64,000 nucleotides of DNA, from assembly GCA_016748015.1 (NCBI GenBank), contig JAAOMT010000664.1, forward strand, positions 1,059,518 to 1,123,517, given 5' to 3'. Under the pieces are notes generated by a model, which was not told the DNA's origin, searched no databases, and saw only the letters and a list, made by a program, of their open reading frames with translations. The position numbers were made by a program, and so were the translations under genes. The number at the start of each line of letters is the position of its first letter. Position 1 is the stretch's first letter. Shown here piece by piece: positions 27,377 to 39,559 of the stretch. Source of the DNA: Geosiphon pyriformis uo1. Its lineage: Eukaryota; Fungi; Glomeromycota.

Positions 27377-28761
27377 ATGAATTTGGAAAATTACAACAAT
27401 TTTAAACAATATTTGGAAACATTAACAATCCCAACAAATTGGTCTCCAGATGAAAAACATCAACTACAACAACAAGTCAAACAATATTTTCTACACAACA
27501 ACATTATTTATCATCGAAATTTCAAAAACCCAGACAAACCACTCAGATTAATACAAGAACAGAAAAAAGAGACTATATTATACAACATGCACTCAGATCC
27601 TTTATCAGCACACTTCGGAAAAAACAGCACCACCTAAAGAACACTAGAATATTACTTTTGGTCTCGAATGAAAAAAGACATTCATAAATATGTCCAATTT
27701 TGTGATAGTTGTCAAAAAAGAGGAGAAACACACCCTACTGAACCATTAAATTCAATCAAAGTTGGACAACCCTTTGACCGAGTTGGTATCGATTTAGTCA
27801 GACCACTATCTATCACTACTCAAGGAAACTATTATATTACAGTAGCAGTAGACTATCTTACTAAATGGCCTGAAGCCAGAGCTATTCAATGAGCAGATGC
27901 GAAATCAGTAGTAAATTTCATCTACGAAAACATCATTTGTAGACACGGATGTCCAATTGAACTTTTATCTGATCAGAAAACACACTTTGTGAACAACTTG
28001 ATACAAGAAATTTGTGAATGATTCAATGTCAAAAGACCTCTGTCTTTGCCCTACCATCCACAAACAAATGGACTTGTGGAATGTTTTAACAGAACATTGT
28101 GTGAATTATTAGCCAAAGTCTCAACCGATTTTGAGTAAGAGTGAAATATTTTTATTCCATCAGTGTTACTAGCATACAGAACACTAAAACAAGATATCAC
28201 AAAACACACATTATTTGATTTAACTTATGGAAGGACAGCAACATTACCAATTAGTTTCACAGTAAAAACATACCTAGCACAACCAATCAATGAAAACAAT
28301 TTCCAAGAAACACTTCAACAAAGAGCCTATACACTTCTCAGCATGTTGAAAGGAAAACAATGGATAGCAGTCACCCATATTGAACACTTCTAAACTCAAC
28401 AAAAAGAATGGCATGACAACAAATTGCCTCCAGTTACCAATGATTTTAAAGTTGGAAACAAAGTTCTCCTACACAGAACTAAAGGTAAAAAACAATGGAA
28501 TAGAAATTTGAAAATAAATGGGATAGACTATTCTTTATCCATGAAATACTAGGCAATGGATCATACAAGTTAAGACTTGATGACAAAATCTTAGCAAAAA
28601 TTGCACATAGAGATTGTTTAAAACACTATTATTCCAGAAACAATCTTGAACCATTAATTTTACAAATTGGTACATATTTCCCTTTAGTCAATTCCAAAAA
28701 TATTCTTCGAAACTTAGAACCAATAGTTGTCATTGAACAACCTTCCAACTTGAACACTTAA
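27377..28761 (+). pseudogene. Element A integrase (HHCC, rve core, GPY/F-like tail) starting at its own Met
   Basis: MHSDPLSAHFG...CDSCQ, GIDLV, DYLTKWPEA, SDQ, YHPQTNGLVE; ends LEPIVVIEQPSNLNT*. Confidence 0.88.
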
Positions 28762-28903
28762 TTTAATTATTAGTTATTCCCTTATAATTTAAAAACAATT
28801 TCACAAAAACAAAATAAAACAAAACACACTGAAAGACAAAAATAACATAAAAATCCACATACCAAAAATAATTTCAATCTATTTTCTCACTCAAATTTTT
28901 ATA

Positions 28904-29623
28904 ATGACTATCTCTCAAAATATTCAACAAATATCTCAAAAATTAATGCTAGCTTTAAAGACAATACCCGAATTATCTATCACTATTACAGGAAAACATA
29001 TTAATTATACCCAAACAAAAATAGTTGCCAATTTAGCCCCAAATTCACAAAATTATTACCCTTACAAAAAGAACACAAGAAGTTACTCTGGAATTCATCT
29101 ACCAGAACTCTTGAAGCTTGCTTTAAGAGAAAATTTAATATTCACTCCTATTAGTATCTTACCAAATGCTACTATTCAACAAAAACTTCAACTGTGTCTT
29201 AATGAAAAAAACCACAACTATACTCCAATATATAGATATTTCTACATTGGAAAAACACTTTACAAACAAAAATGGGAGCTTACAGCAGCAAACCTCACAA
29301 AAGAAGCTATTCAAAAACAACTCCACAACAAATTCACAACAACAGCTGGACCTATAAACAGTCACTATAAACTAAGAGCTGCTCTTAGACTTTATAACCT
29401 ATTCCACATCTGTGAAAACGTCCTACAAAACCCAATTTTACAGTCTTTGAAAATTCAATACATTGGAAAGCTCACAGAACTGAAATTTCAACAATTTTCA
29501 GACCAAATTTCTTCAATAATTTTGGATTATTATCTGGAAATTACAGACAGTACTTGGACTTTGACGGAGCTCAGTCTTGAGGAGAAGGTTATGTTACCAA
29601 ACGAAATTAGAGATATTGTTTAG
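28904..29623 (+). CDS. Element A ORF3, 239 aa, unknown function, in the env position
   Basis: Uninterrupted ATG-started ORF between IN and PPT, running into the 3' LTR; homologous to ORF3 of element B. Confidence 0.75.
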   Translation: MTISQNIQQISQKLMLALKTIPELSITITGKHINYTQTKIVANLAPNSQNYYPYKKNTRSYSGIHLPELLKLALRENLIFTPISILPNATIQQKLQLCLNEKNHNYTPIYRYFYIGKTLYKQKWELTAANLTKEAIQKQLHNKFTTTAGPINSHYKLRAALRLYNLFHICENVLQNPILQSLKIQYIGKLTELKFQQFSDQISSIILDYYLEITDSTWTLTELSLEEKVMLPNEIRDIV

Positions 29624-29780
29624 CATGAAATTACCCTTATAAATCTTATCATTAATTAGCATATATTATTGTTTCAAATTATCACTTATTACATTAGCAA
29701 AATATCCGAAATTATCATTTAATTAATAATCCAATTGATACATAACACAAATGTAACCTAATTGTGATGATCAATCATGC
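29592..29780 (+). repeat. Element A 3' LTR, first part (before the B insertion)
   Basis: Matches 20720-20908. Confidence 0.92.
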
Positions 29781-30868
29781 TGTTACCCAAGTAGAAAAAC
29801 CAATCCAAAGTTATAAAGAAACATGACCAAAATGTGACATAACACAGAATAACGCGCAATAACGTTGGATAACACATTATAACATTGGATAACGTGTTAT
29901 AATGCAAGATAACACAGAATAGCACACAATAACATAGGATAATGTGTTATAATACAGAATAACACAGAATAACATGTAATAATGTCAGATAACGTATTAT
30001 AACATAGGATAACTAGCAATAACATAGAAAAACAAAGCAATAACAAAAACAACAAAGCAATAGCTAGCAATAGTGAGACAATTGAAAGCAATCCTGTAAA
30101 ACCAAAAGAATATATAAAAGCAAGTAGTTGTAGAAGTGAGAAAAGACAGAAAAGAAAAAATAGATACAAACTTCTAGACCAGAAATTAAAATATCCATAC
30201 CCTTTCATCCTTTATTATCTTTCCTATTTCATCTCCTGAAATAAACCAATTATTAAAAGAAATCAGAATCACAAATTCATGTTTTCAAACTTCGTGAAAT
30301 TTACGTAAATTAACCCTTGTCTTGTACTTCCGTTCTAGAACAGATGCTCTTAGCATAACTACCTCAAACCTATTAACAATTTGGACCAATCGCTCTTGAT
30401 CACGGCAATTGACGATACTAATTTATCTTTTCTCTCTTTTCTTTTCTTTTTCTTTTTCTTTCTTTTTCTGTCTTATTTTTTGTGGAGTGGCAACATAGTA
30501 AAATTCGACTGTTTGAGAATAGACTTCGTGATAACCTGGTAAAAGAAGGAAGCTCCCCCTAAGTTTTGGATATTAACATTATCTTGTTAGCTTACCAAAA
30601 GGGCAAAAAGACAATGCCAGACCCTAACAACTGTGCTTGTTAGCTCGGAAAAGAAAGCTCACATTTACGAAAAACATTGCAATCAACGAAAGACAAACTC
30701 TGTGCCTTATAACCAAAGAACTCAACAGGTAAAATTCACATTCAGAAATAGACCTTCAGAAACTAATAATCAAGACTAAGCCAACAGAATTACGCAGAAG
30801 ATGCATCATCAATAATTGAGAGCACCAAACGTTACCATTTCCCATACCCACCAAGTTTACCTGTAACA
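29781..30868 (+). repeat. Element B 5' LTR (1088 bp)
   Basis: TGTTAC...GTAACA ends; TATATAAAAG at 30111. Confidence 0.94.
29839..30028 (+). repeat. 10-bp-period ATAAC-N5 array (19 units) in U3 of the B-family LTR
   Basis: ATAAC/ATAAT/ATAGC every 10 nt with a variable 5-mer; repeated at 38910-39099 and in both C LTRs. Confidence 0.9.
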
Positions 30869-30870
30869 TT

Positions 30871-30887
30871 TGGTGCTCCCTGTGAGG
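30871..30887 (+). promoter_or_regulatory. Primer binding site of element B (complement of a tRNA 3' end ...CCTCACAGGGAGCACCA; tRNA-Ile(UAU)-like by inference)
   Basis: TGG-initiated sequence 2 nt after the LTR end. Confidence 0.75.
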
Positions 30888-30930
30888 TTATAAATTCACA
30901 AAGACAGAGCACCCCCAAAAATACATAAAA

Positions 30931-33900
30931 GTGGCGACTATTAGAACAATAGGAAAGAACCACTCCTTATATGGAAAAGCACTATTTTAATACTTTCGAA
31001 AAGACCTAGAAATACCAGCAAGAACTGCTTATGCAGAAAGTGATTTTTGTAACTATATCAATGCAAAAATTGACTGCTTGTTAGGCCGCGTAACTGATAC
31101 AGGAAGACTTGGAGAACAAATCTATCAAAGCTTACTAGGGTACTCAACAGCCATGACTACTCGAGCAATCGCTGAAACTCTGCACATAATCAATACAGAC
31201 ATTAAATATTACGTAGCACAATGATTTCCTCAAGTACAACAACCAGTGGAATCCAACTCTGAGGAATACGAAAATGAATCTAACAACCCCGTAACTGCCC
31301 AAGCCAAGTCCATAGTCAACAAGAAACCAAGGGTCCTCTCCCCAACAACTTCATCATACTATCAGACACTCCAAAGTAGAATTGTATTCAACCCACCCCT
31401 GGAAATCCAGTTGGAAACACCACGAACTCCTGGAAATCCACACCCTTGGAATTAACACAGTTGGACCAAATCACTAGGAGAATACAGATTGCTGTTTGAA
31501 AATCTTACCCCAGCAGCCGGTCAAACAGAAAGAAACCCATCAACTTGGGAACAGCCACCAGCACAAAACCTAGCAGAATCAGCATCTCTCTTGACAGAAA
31601 AAACAGCTATCTTACAATCTATTGGTTCAAGCGACAAAGGAAAGCAACCAGCATTAGCATCCAGAGAACACTCGAATATGTGGACACCAATCCCTTTAAA
31701 TATAACCAGTAACACCCCACCCATTAACCAGATCATGGCTTACCGGAATATCACTAAATTGGAAAAATTCTCTGGTGAAGAAGATAACACATATTCTTGG
31801 ATCGCGGATACCGAGAAAGCAGTTACCGCTAACGGTTGGAATGACAACTGCACAGTTCAGGCACTGCCATTTTTTCTGATCAGGACCACCAATTTGTGGT
31901 ACCAGAGTCTGGCAGAGAAGCCTACCTCCTTTACTGAGTTTAAACTCACATTTCTGCAATACTTCTGTGACCCCAATACGTTAATCCGATTGCAGAATCA
32001 ATTCAGCATAATTAAACAAAAAGATCACGAAGCAGTAACTACTTATCTTAGACGATTCAATCAAATCCTGTGTCAAATATTAGCTATTGAAAGGGACTAC
32101 TACACCGCAGTGCAAGTTCTTAATCAATTCATTAAAAGATTGCAAAGACCCCACCATCCGACCAGTTTACAAGACGCCATCACTCTCGCTTGCAATTTTG
32201 AGTCTGCAGAACAAGAAATGAACCATACCCAAGCTGTTAATTTAGCCATTAACAGAACCTCTGACATTGATGCAAAGATAACCCAATTGAGTGAAAAACT
32301 AACTCAGAAAATTAAGAGATTCTTAGCCGAAACTACAAGAACTTACCAACCACCCCAACGGAGAGAAAATAACAACAATAGCAGATACCCACAGCAACAG
32401 AACCGTCAGCAACAGCAACAACCTTGGAGATCCGATCCCCACAACTGCTACTACTGCCAGAAACCTGGACACATTGCCTATGATTGCAGAAGGAAGATCA
32501 TGAACCAAAATCAAGGAAACCCATACCAGCAACCCAAATATCAGCAAAACATGGTACTCCAATATTTTATATCTCAGAATCAACCACCCCTATATGCACA
32601 ACAAGTCCCGTACACTCAACCACTGCCCCAGAATTATTATTAACCACCACCAATGACACAAGCAATCCCTCACTATCAAACTTCCTCTTACAGCCCATTC
32701 AGACCTCGAGCTATAGACTATAATCAGGGATAGAGAAATCCCAACAACAATTAGGTGCAAACCAACAGTGAACTGTCTCGACCAATCCCTCATGGTCTTG
32801 CCCAATCTCAACCAACACCAACTGAATACCCAAATCAAGCTTCCTATCTCGGTCTTATGGAAGACCAGAGTTTTAATAAATCTACACCTATGGAAGAAGG
32901 GGATATAGAACAAATCTCCCAACCTTCCAAGCAAACAAAAAGCAATATCCCACCAGCCACTATTACTGAAGACACCACCCTAGCCACCATATTTCTTTTT
33001 GACATCGATAATTTGAACACACATAGCCTTTTTAGTGGAGCAGCCATCAATCAGGATAAACCAATAATGGCCCTATACACTAATGCCAGAGTCAGAGAAA
33101 TAGACATTAAATTAATCCTGGATAGCAGATCAGCTGGTAGCATAATCACGAAGCAGTTCATGAACCAACTAGGTTGTTAAGTAGACTGTGCTGCTACTGC
33201 CCAGATCATTACAGTGGATGGGAACACAAAAACCCCGATAAGAGAAATTGACAACTTTCTCTTCGAGATTAATGGAATCCAAATCCCTACCAAAGTACTT
33301 GTCATGGAAGCTACTTAATATCAAGCTCTAGTAGAAAACAACTGGTTGTCAAAAGCCAATGCTACTTTCGACTGAAACATCCAAGAACTTCAATTCATGT
33401 TCAATGGACAGCATGCCTAAGTCCCAGCTACGTGCAGACACTTTAAAAACCAACGTATTGAGGAACCCCTTATTGAATTCGAAGACACATCAATGTCACC
33501 AACCATCAAGACCTATCAGGTTTCATGGGCAGATGATTATCAAACTGAACTACCTCCACTACCAACCTGGGAAAAAAAAAGAAAAGGCAGAGCCGAAGAA
33601 AAACTCCAATCATCATCACTAGGATATGTAACCTCGGACCAAAGAAACTTATTTTACCAACCCCCAAGACTAATATGTGTCGATTGTAAAAAAAAACTAT
33701 CCACTATGGGTGCATGTATCAGGGACAACAAAGAATGGCCTACTGCCATCAAATATTATTGCAGACCTTGTTTACTGAAAAGATTTGGATGACCAAAATG
33801 ACAAGGCAAGTGGGACCACACACCATGCCTCACATGTGGCAAAGACAAAGCTTGTCAATACACCATATTAATCAACGATTGAGTATGAAAGGCAACCCCC

Positions 33901-36644
33901 ATTGAAGACACTTGGAAACAAGCACTCAACAGGCTAGACGGTTATTCACACAATAACCACAAAATCTGGAGAATGGCAAGCACCAAGGCCGAAGACGCCA
34001 CGCCCAAAGAAATATGAGAAATTAAGGACAACCCTTAGATGCCTGAATATACTGGACCCGACTACCCCGATGATGATTTCTTCACAGATGACCCAGACGC
34101 ATTTCAAAACTGATATCAAGAATTGGCCCCAACTCGCGAGGAACAGGAGCAAAGATTGGCCGATTTGAATACCAAACTATGTGATCACTGTTTGATCCCC
34201 TGTTACTTCCAGTACTGTGATGAATGTGATCTCATGTTCAATCCACCTTCAAGAATACTGTTTCCAATTACCAAACTACCTGAACCTGAAGAAGAGGTAT
34301 TGATTACCGAGAACATGTTGTTTCAAGATTCAACTGAGGATACCAAAACAGAACAGTATCTCACATATCCCGACCTATCCAAAGAACTAGAGCTAAAATG
34401 GTATAGTGACAACGAGGAAGGAATCTGCCCCGAAAGAGCACATGACACCAATGCTAGTTTCGACCTACAATACTCCGGACAATCACCCATCATTATAGCT
34501 CCACATTCTCTCGTAAAAATAGATCTTAAGATAACATTAGAAATTCCTGTTAGTACAATGGTACAAGTTGCCTCTCAATCTAGTCTAGCCAAGAAAGGAA
34601 TCGACATAAAAGGAGGAATCATTAATGCCAGTTACATGGGAAACATCATTGTGATGCTACAGAACAATTTGGACAGACCCTACAAAATAGAATCACAAAA
34701 AAAGATTGCCCAAGCTATCTTCCAACCACTAGTCAAAATACCCCAATTAACTCCGGTAACAACCTGAGAAGAGTTAGACCTCACTGCTCGAGGAATCAAT
34801 GGGTTTGAATCAAGTGGAAGAGGAAGCATACCAGTTAATTTCATGGAGGAAGACAGTGACCAGGTAGAATTTATCCACACTAACACCGTCATTTCCATTC
34901 CTTTATACCAACAATACATCCTCAAGATAAATCAAAAGATCCAAGATCAAGCCCTATTATTCAAAGCCAGTCCCAAAATCTGTTCCCTAGCCAATATTGC
35001 TAATTTATACCTACTGGCCAAAGCCTATAAACACTTCAAAATTCTTATTCACAACCTGACAGAAGATGTCATTGAAATCCCTGAAGGGACTCTTGTCGGT
35101 TCTATATCCACAAATAGTCAGAATTCTGAAAAACCCCAGTCCATTCCAGATTTCGCACAATTATTTTTATTCTGTGACATTATCTTACAAGTATAGAATT
35201 TGCCAAAAAAAAGTTACTTGTTCACACCAAAAGAGATCAATAAATTGAATTTAGGAAATTTAAGTACCCTACAACAAATGCAACTCAAAGTTCTTCTAAA
35301 TCAATATGCTGATGTCTTTGCCAGCAAAAATGAGTTCGGATGCACCGACATCGTAAAGCATCAGATTGATACAGGAGATGCTCGACCAATTAAGCAACGA
35401 GCTTACTGCATACCCCCATCTGGCAATAACCTAATTAAGCAAGAAGTGCAATGGATGCTTGATAACGGCCTAATCAAAAAATTGTTAAGCCCTTGGTCCT
35501 CGTCAGTAGTCTTGGTTACCAAGAAAAACGGAAAAGTACGATTCTGCATAGATTATCAAAAACTAAATAGCATTACGCAAGAAGATAGTTATTCCACTCC
35601 TCTCATCCAGGAAATTCTGGACAATCTAGGAAAAAAAAATGGTTTTCGTCATTAGATTTAGCAAGTGGTTATTGGCAAGTTGAAATGGATCTCAAAGACA
35701 AAGGAAAAACAGTGTTTACCACTTGAGACAGAAACTTCAAGTTTAACATAATGCCTTTTGGACTTTGTAATGCTTCTGTCACGTTTCAACACCTGATAGA
35801 TGTAGTATACAAAGGAATTTTTTGGAAATCAGTAGTAGTCTACTTAGACAACACAAATGTGTTCTCCGAAACATTCGAAGACCATCTGCTCTACCTGCAA
35901 CAAGTTTTTGAACACCTTCGTAGTGCCGGATTGAAACTCAATCCCAGGAAGTGCTTCTTTGGAAAAACCAAGTTAAAATTCCTAGGACATGTAATTGGCA
36001 AGGACGGAGTTAAACCCAATCCAGATAAAGTACAAAAAGTCAAGAATTTTCCAGCTCCAATCAACCTCAGAGAATTACGAAGATTTCTAGGATTAACAGG
36101 ATATTATCATTGATTTGTCAAAGGTTTCTCGAACATCACAAAACCACTTCATCAATTGTTGTTTAAATACATACCATACTTGTGGAAGGAAGATCAACAG
36201 AAAGCATTTGACTATCTCAAGCAGCGATTGATCACATCCCCAATCCTGATTTACCCAAATTTCACTAAACGGTTTATTGTCGCTAAGGACGCCTCAAAAA
36301 ATGCTCTAGGAGCAGTCTTATTACAGATAGGACTGGACAATAGAGAACACCCAATTGTCTACACTAGTTGCAGCACTAGCCCAGCAGAAAAGAATTACAG
36401 CACAACAGATCTGGAATGTCTCGCCATTTATTGGGCCATACAGACTTGAAAACATTACCTCAGTCAACCATTTGACCTATATACTAATCACAAAGAACTT
36501 ATTTGGTTACTCAAAAATCCACAACTAGAAGGAAAATATGCGAGATAGAGTACTTATCTGCAACAATTCTCACTCAAAGTCTATTACAAGGAAGGATCCA
36601 AGAACACCAATGCTGACAGTTTGTTGAGGATACCACAAACCTAA
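30931..36644 (+). pseudogene. Element B gag-pol (gag, CCHC, PR, Cys-rich, dUTPase 34393-34818, RT, RNase H)
   Basis: CYYCQKPGHIAYDC, LILDS(R)SAGS, ASFDL/IINASYMG/KIAQ/GFESSG, YLDN and NADSL(L)R. One frame to ~35640, then a homopolymer frameshift. Confidence 0.92.
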
Positions 36645-36654
36645 TCCCAGACCC

Positions 36655-38022
36655 ATGGACACACTCACTTATCAATGACTACATCAGTACCTATCGACAC
36701 TACGTTTCAAGGAGATATTATCTCAACAGAAACAGAGTGTCATATGAAAACAAGCCCAAAATTATTTTATTCAAGACAACCAACTATATTGACGAAAACA
36801 CTGAAACCACCCCAATGCACAATGACTAATCACGAACAGTGAAAGAGAAACTATACTATATAGTGTGCACTCAGATCTAACTGCAGGACACTTTAACAAA
36901 GACACTATCCTCGAAAGAACACTAAACTTATACTATTGGTCAATGATGCACAAAGATATTTTCAAATACGTGCTCAATTGTGATACATGCCAGTAAAGAG
37001 AAGAAGCAAGATCAACAAAACCACTTCGACTCATTCCAGTTGGAAATCTATTTGATAGAATCAGGATTGATTTGGTTGGATCTCTTTCAATTACATCCCA
37101 AAGAAATCACTATATTGCTGTAGCCGTAAACTATCTTACAAAATGGCCAGAAACCAGAGCAATCCAAGTGGCCGATGCCAAAACAGTCGCCAAATTTGTG
37201 CATCAAGACCTAATTTGCCAACATGGATGTCCGAAAGAATTATTATCTGATCAGGGAACACACTTCATTAATAATACGCTGACTGAACTAAGCCAACGGT
37301 TTGGAATAAAGAGACCTTTATCATCACTATACCACCCACAAATGAATGGACTGGTAGAACAATTTAACAGAACACTGTGCAAAGCACTAGCAAAAATAAG
37401 TCATGAAAACAGACAAGAATAAGACTTATTCATATCTTCTGTACTCTTTACATACTGAACATTAAAACAAAATACGACTCAGTTCACACCATTCAAACTA
37501 GTCTATGGAAGAAAAGCTACATTACCGATTGAATGAGTGATACTGTCATACCCAACAGAAACAATCAATGAAGAGAATTTTGAGGTTACCTTACACCAAA
37601 AAACGTACCAGCTAATGGAAACGTTGGAAAACAATCAAAGAACAGCAGCTGACAATATTAGTCATGCTCAAGAATGACAAAAAGAAAGACATAATAAACA
37701 CTTATCAGAACAACCAATGGAATTCAAGATTGGAGACCAAATACTATTACATTATACAAAAACTGAGAAACAGTGGAGTGGAAAGTTTGACCCAAAGTGG
37801 GACAGTCCATTTCACATACATGAAGCATTAGAAAATAGAGCTTACAAATTACAATTGGAAGACAAGATTTTAAAAAAAGTAGCACATGGAAATCGGTTAA
37901 AAATTTATCATGTAAAACAGAAATCATTGTCATTAGTACCTTAACTAGGAACACAAATTTCATTAATCAGACCAGAAGATATACCACGAGATCTGGAACC
38001 AATTATTGTCATCAAAACGTAG
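36655..38022 (+). pseudogene. Element B integrase, separate +1-frame ORF with its own ATG
   Basis: VHSDLTAGHF...CDTCQ, GIDLVG, SDQGTHF, YHPQMNGLVEQFN and PKWDSPF. Confidence 0.88.
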
Positions 38023-38102
38023 ACAATGGGCAGCAAATTAAATTGGGGAATTCAAATATATATAGCATCCAAAAAGCAGCAAGAAACGATAAAAATTTTA
38101 AC

Positions 38103-38837
38103 ATGGACCTTTCAGATCAAATTTTAAAATTATCTAAACAATTATTTGAAACAATTCAAAAATCGACATCTCAAATAGAAATAACAATTGATAAAAAAGA
38201 GATATGGTACAAAGATAAGAGCAGAAGAGAAGAGGACAAGAGTTTAATTAGAACTAAATGTTCCCTCCCCTACCCACTACCCAAAAGGCAATGTGGGAGG
38301 AAAAATTGCCTTCAGGCAGGGGGTGGAAAAGAAGGAGACAAAGAATAAGAAAAAGATTACAAAAGAAGATACTTGGTCCCCGAGCTCGAAAAAATAAAAG
38401 AAGCTTTAGCTCGTGGGACCAAACTCTCCAAAACAGGGGAGTGGACACCTGACAATGTCCAGAAATGGAAAGAAAGACTTCCTCCAGCTTATTGGTTCTA
38501 CAAAATTGGAGAACAGCTTGACTTGAAAACACCATATAAAGATCTCAGCCAAAAAACGTTCAACAAAGAAGCAATACAACAAGTAGAAAAATTTGTTGAG
38601 AAAAACAATCTGACCCTATATTACAAAGCAGCATACTGACTATACACCGTCTTCCAACATTGCCCAAATGTACTACTGAACGGATCTATGAAAACCATAA
38701 TGGTTAACAGCATAGAACAAATAACCAATCAACAGTTCAAAGATCTACAAAAGGCAATACTTGAGGCAACAATCGAACATTACACAAACAAAGCCACGAT
38801 AACAGATATATACAGTTTTGCAGGAGCTCAATTTTAA
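38103..38837 (+). pseudogene. Element B ORF3 (~244 codons, two internal stops)
   Basis: MDLSDQILKLSKQL...AYWFYKIGEQL...KAAY*LYTVFQHCPNVL... in one frame; ends at the PPT. Confidence 0.75.
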
Positions 38838-38851
38838 AAAGAGAGGGATAA

Positions 38852-39511
38852 TATTACCCGAGTAGAAAAACCGATCTAAAGTTATGAAGAAACATGACCA
38901 AAACATGACATAACTCAGAATAATGCGCAATAATGTTGGATAACATGTTATAACATTAGATAACGTGTTATAACACAAGATAACACAGAATAGCACACAA
39001 TAACATAGGATAATGTGTTATAATGCAGAATAACACAGAATAACATGTAATAATATCAGATAATGTGTTATAACATAGAATAACTAACAATAACATAGAA
39101 AAACAAAGCAATAACAGAAACAACAAAGCAATAGCTAGCAATAGTGAGACAATTGAAAGCAATTCTGTAAAACCAAAAGAATGTATAAAAGCAAGTAGTT
39201 GTAGAAGTGAAAAAAGACAGAAAAGAAAAAATAGATACAAACCTCTAGACCAGAAATTAAAATATCCATACCCCTTCATCTTTTATTATCTTCCCTATTT
39301 CATCTCCTGAAATAAACCAATTATTAAAAGAAATCAGAATAACAAATTCATGTTCTTGAACTTTGTGAAATTTACGTGAATTAACCCTTGTCTCGTACTT
39401 CTATTCTAGAACAAATTGCTTTTAGCATAACTGTCTCGAACCTATTAACGATTTGGAACAATCGCTCTTGATCATGGCGATTGACAATACTAATTTATTT
39501 TTTCTCTCTTT

Positions 39512-39559
<48 letters not shown>

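Noticed and set aside
28560-28761. Chromodomain at the integrase C-terminus
   Set aside because: IN ends shortly after the GPY/F-like tail without chromodomain motifs.
28904-29623. Calling ORF3 an envelope gene
   Set aside because: No signal peptide, furin site or transmembrane anchor is visible.
29839-30028. Constant-plus-variable array resembling a CRISPR
   Set aside because: The repeats and spacers are only 5 bp each, lie inside a eukaryotic LTR, and there are no cas genes.
29897-30208. Hydrophobic 103-aa antisense ORF, repeated at 38968-39279
   Set aside because: It is the antisense reading of the A-rich LTR array and recurs only because LTRs are duplicated; no evidence of coding.
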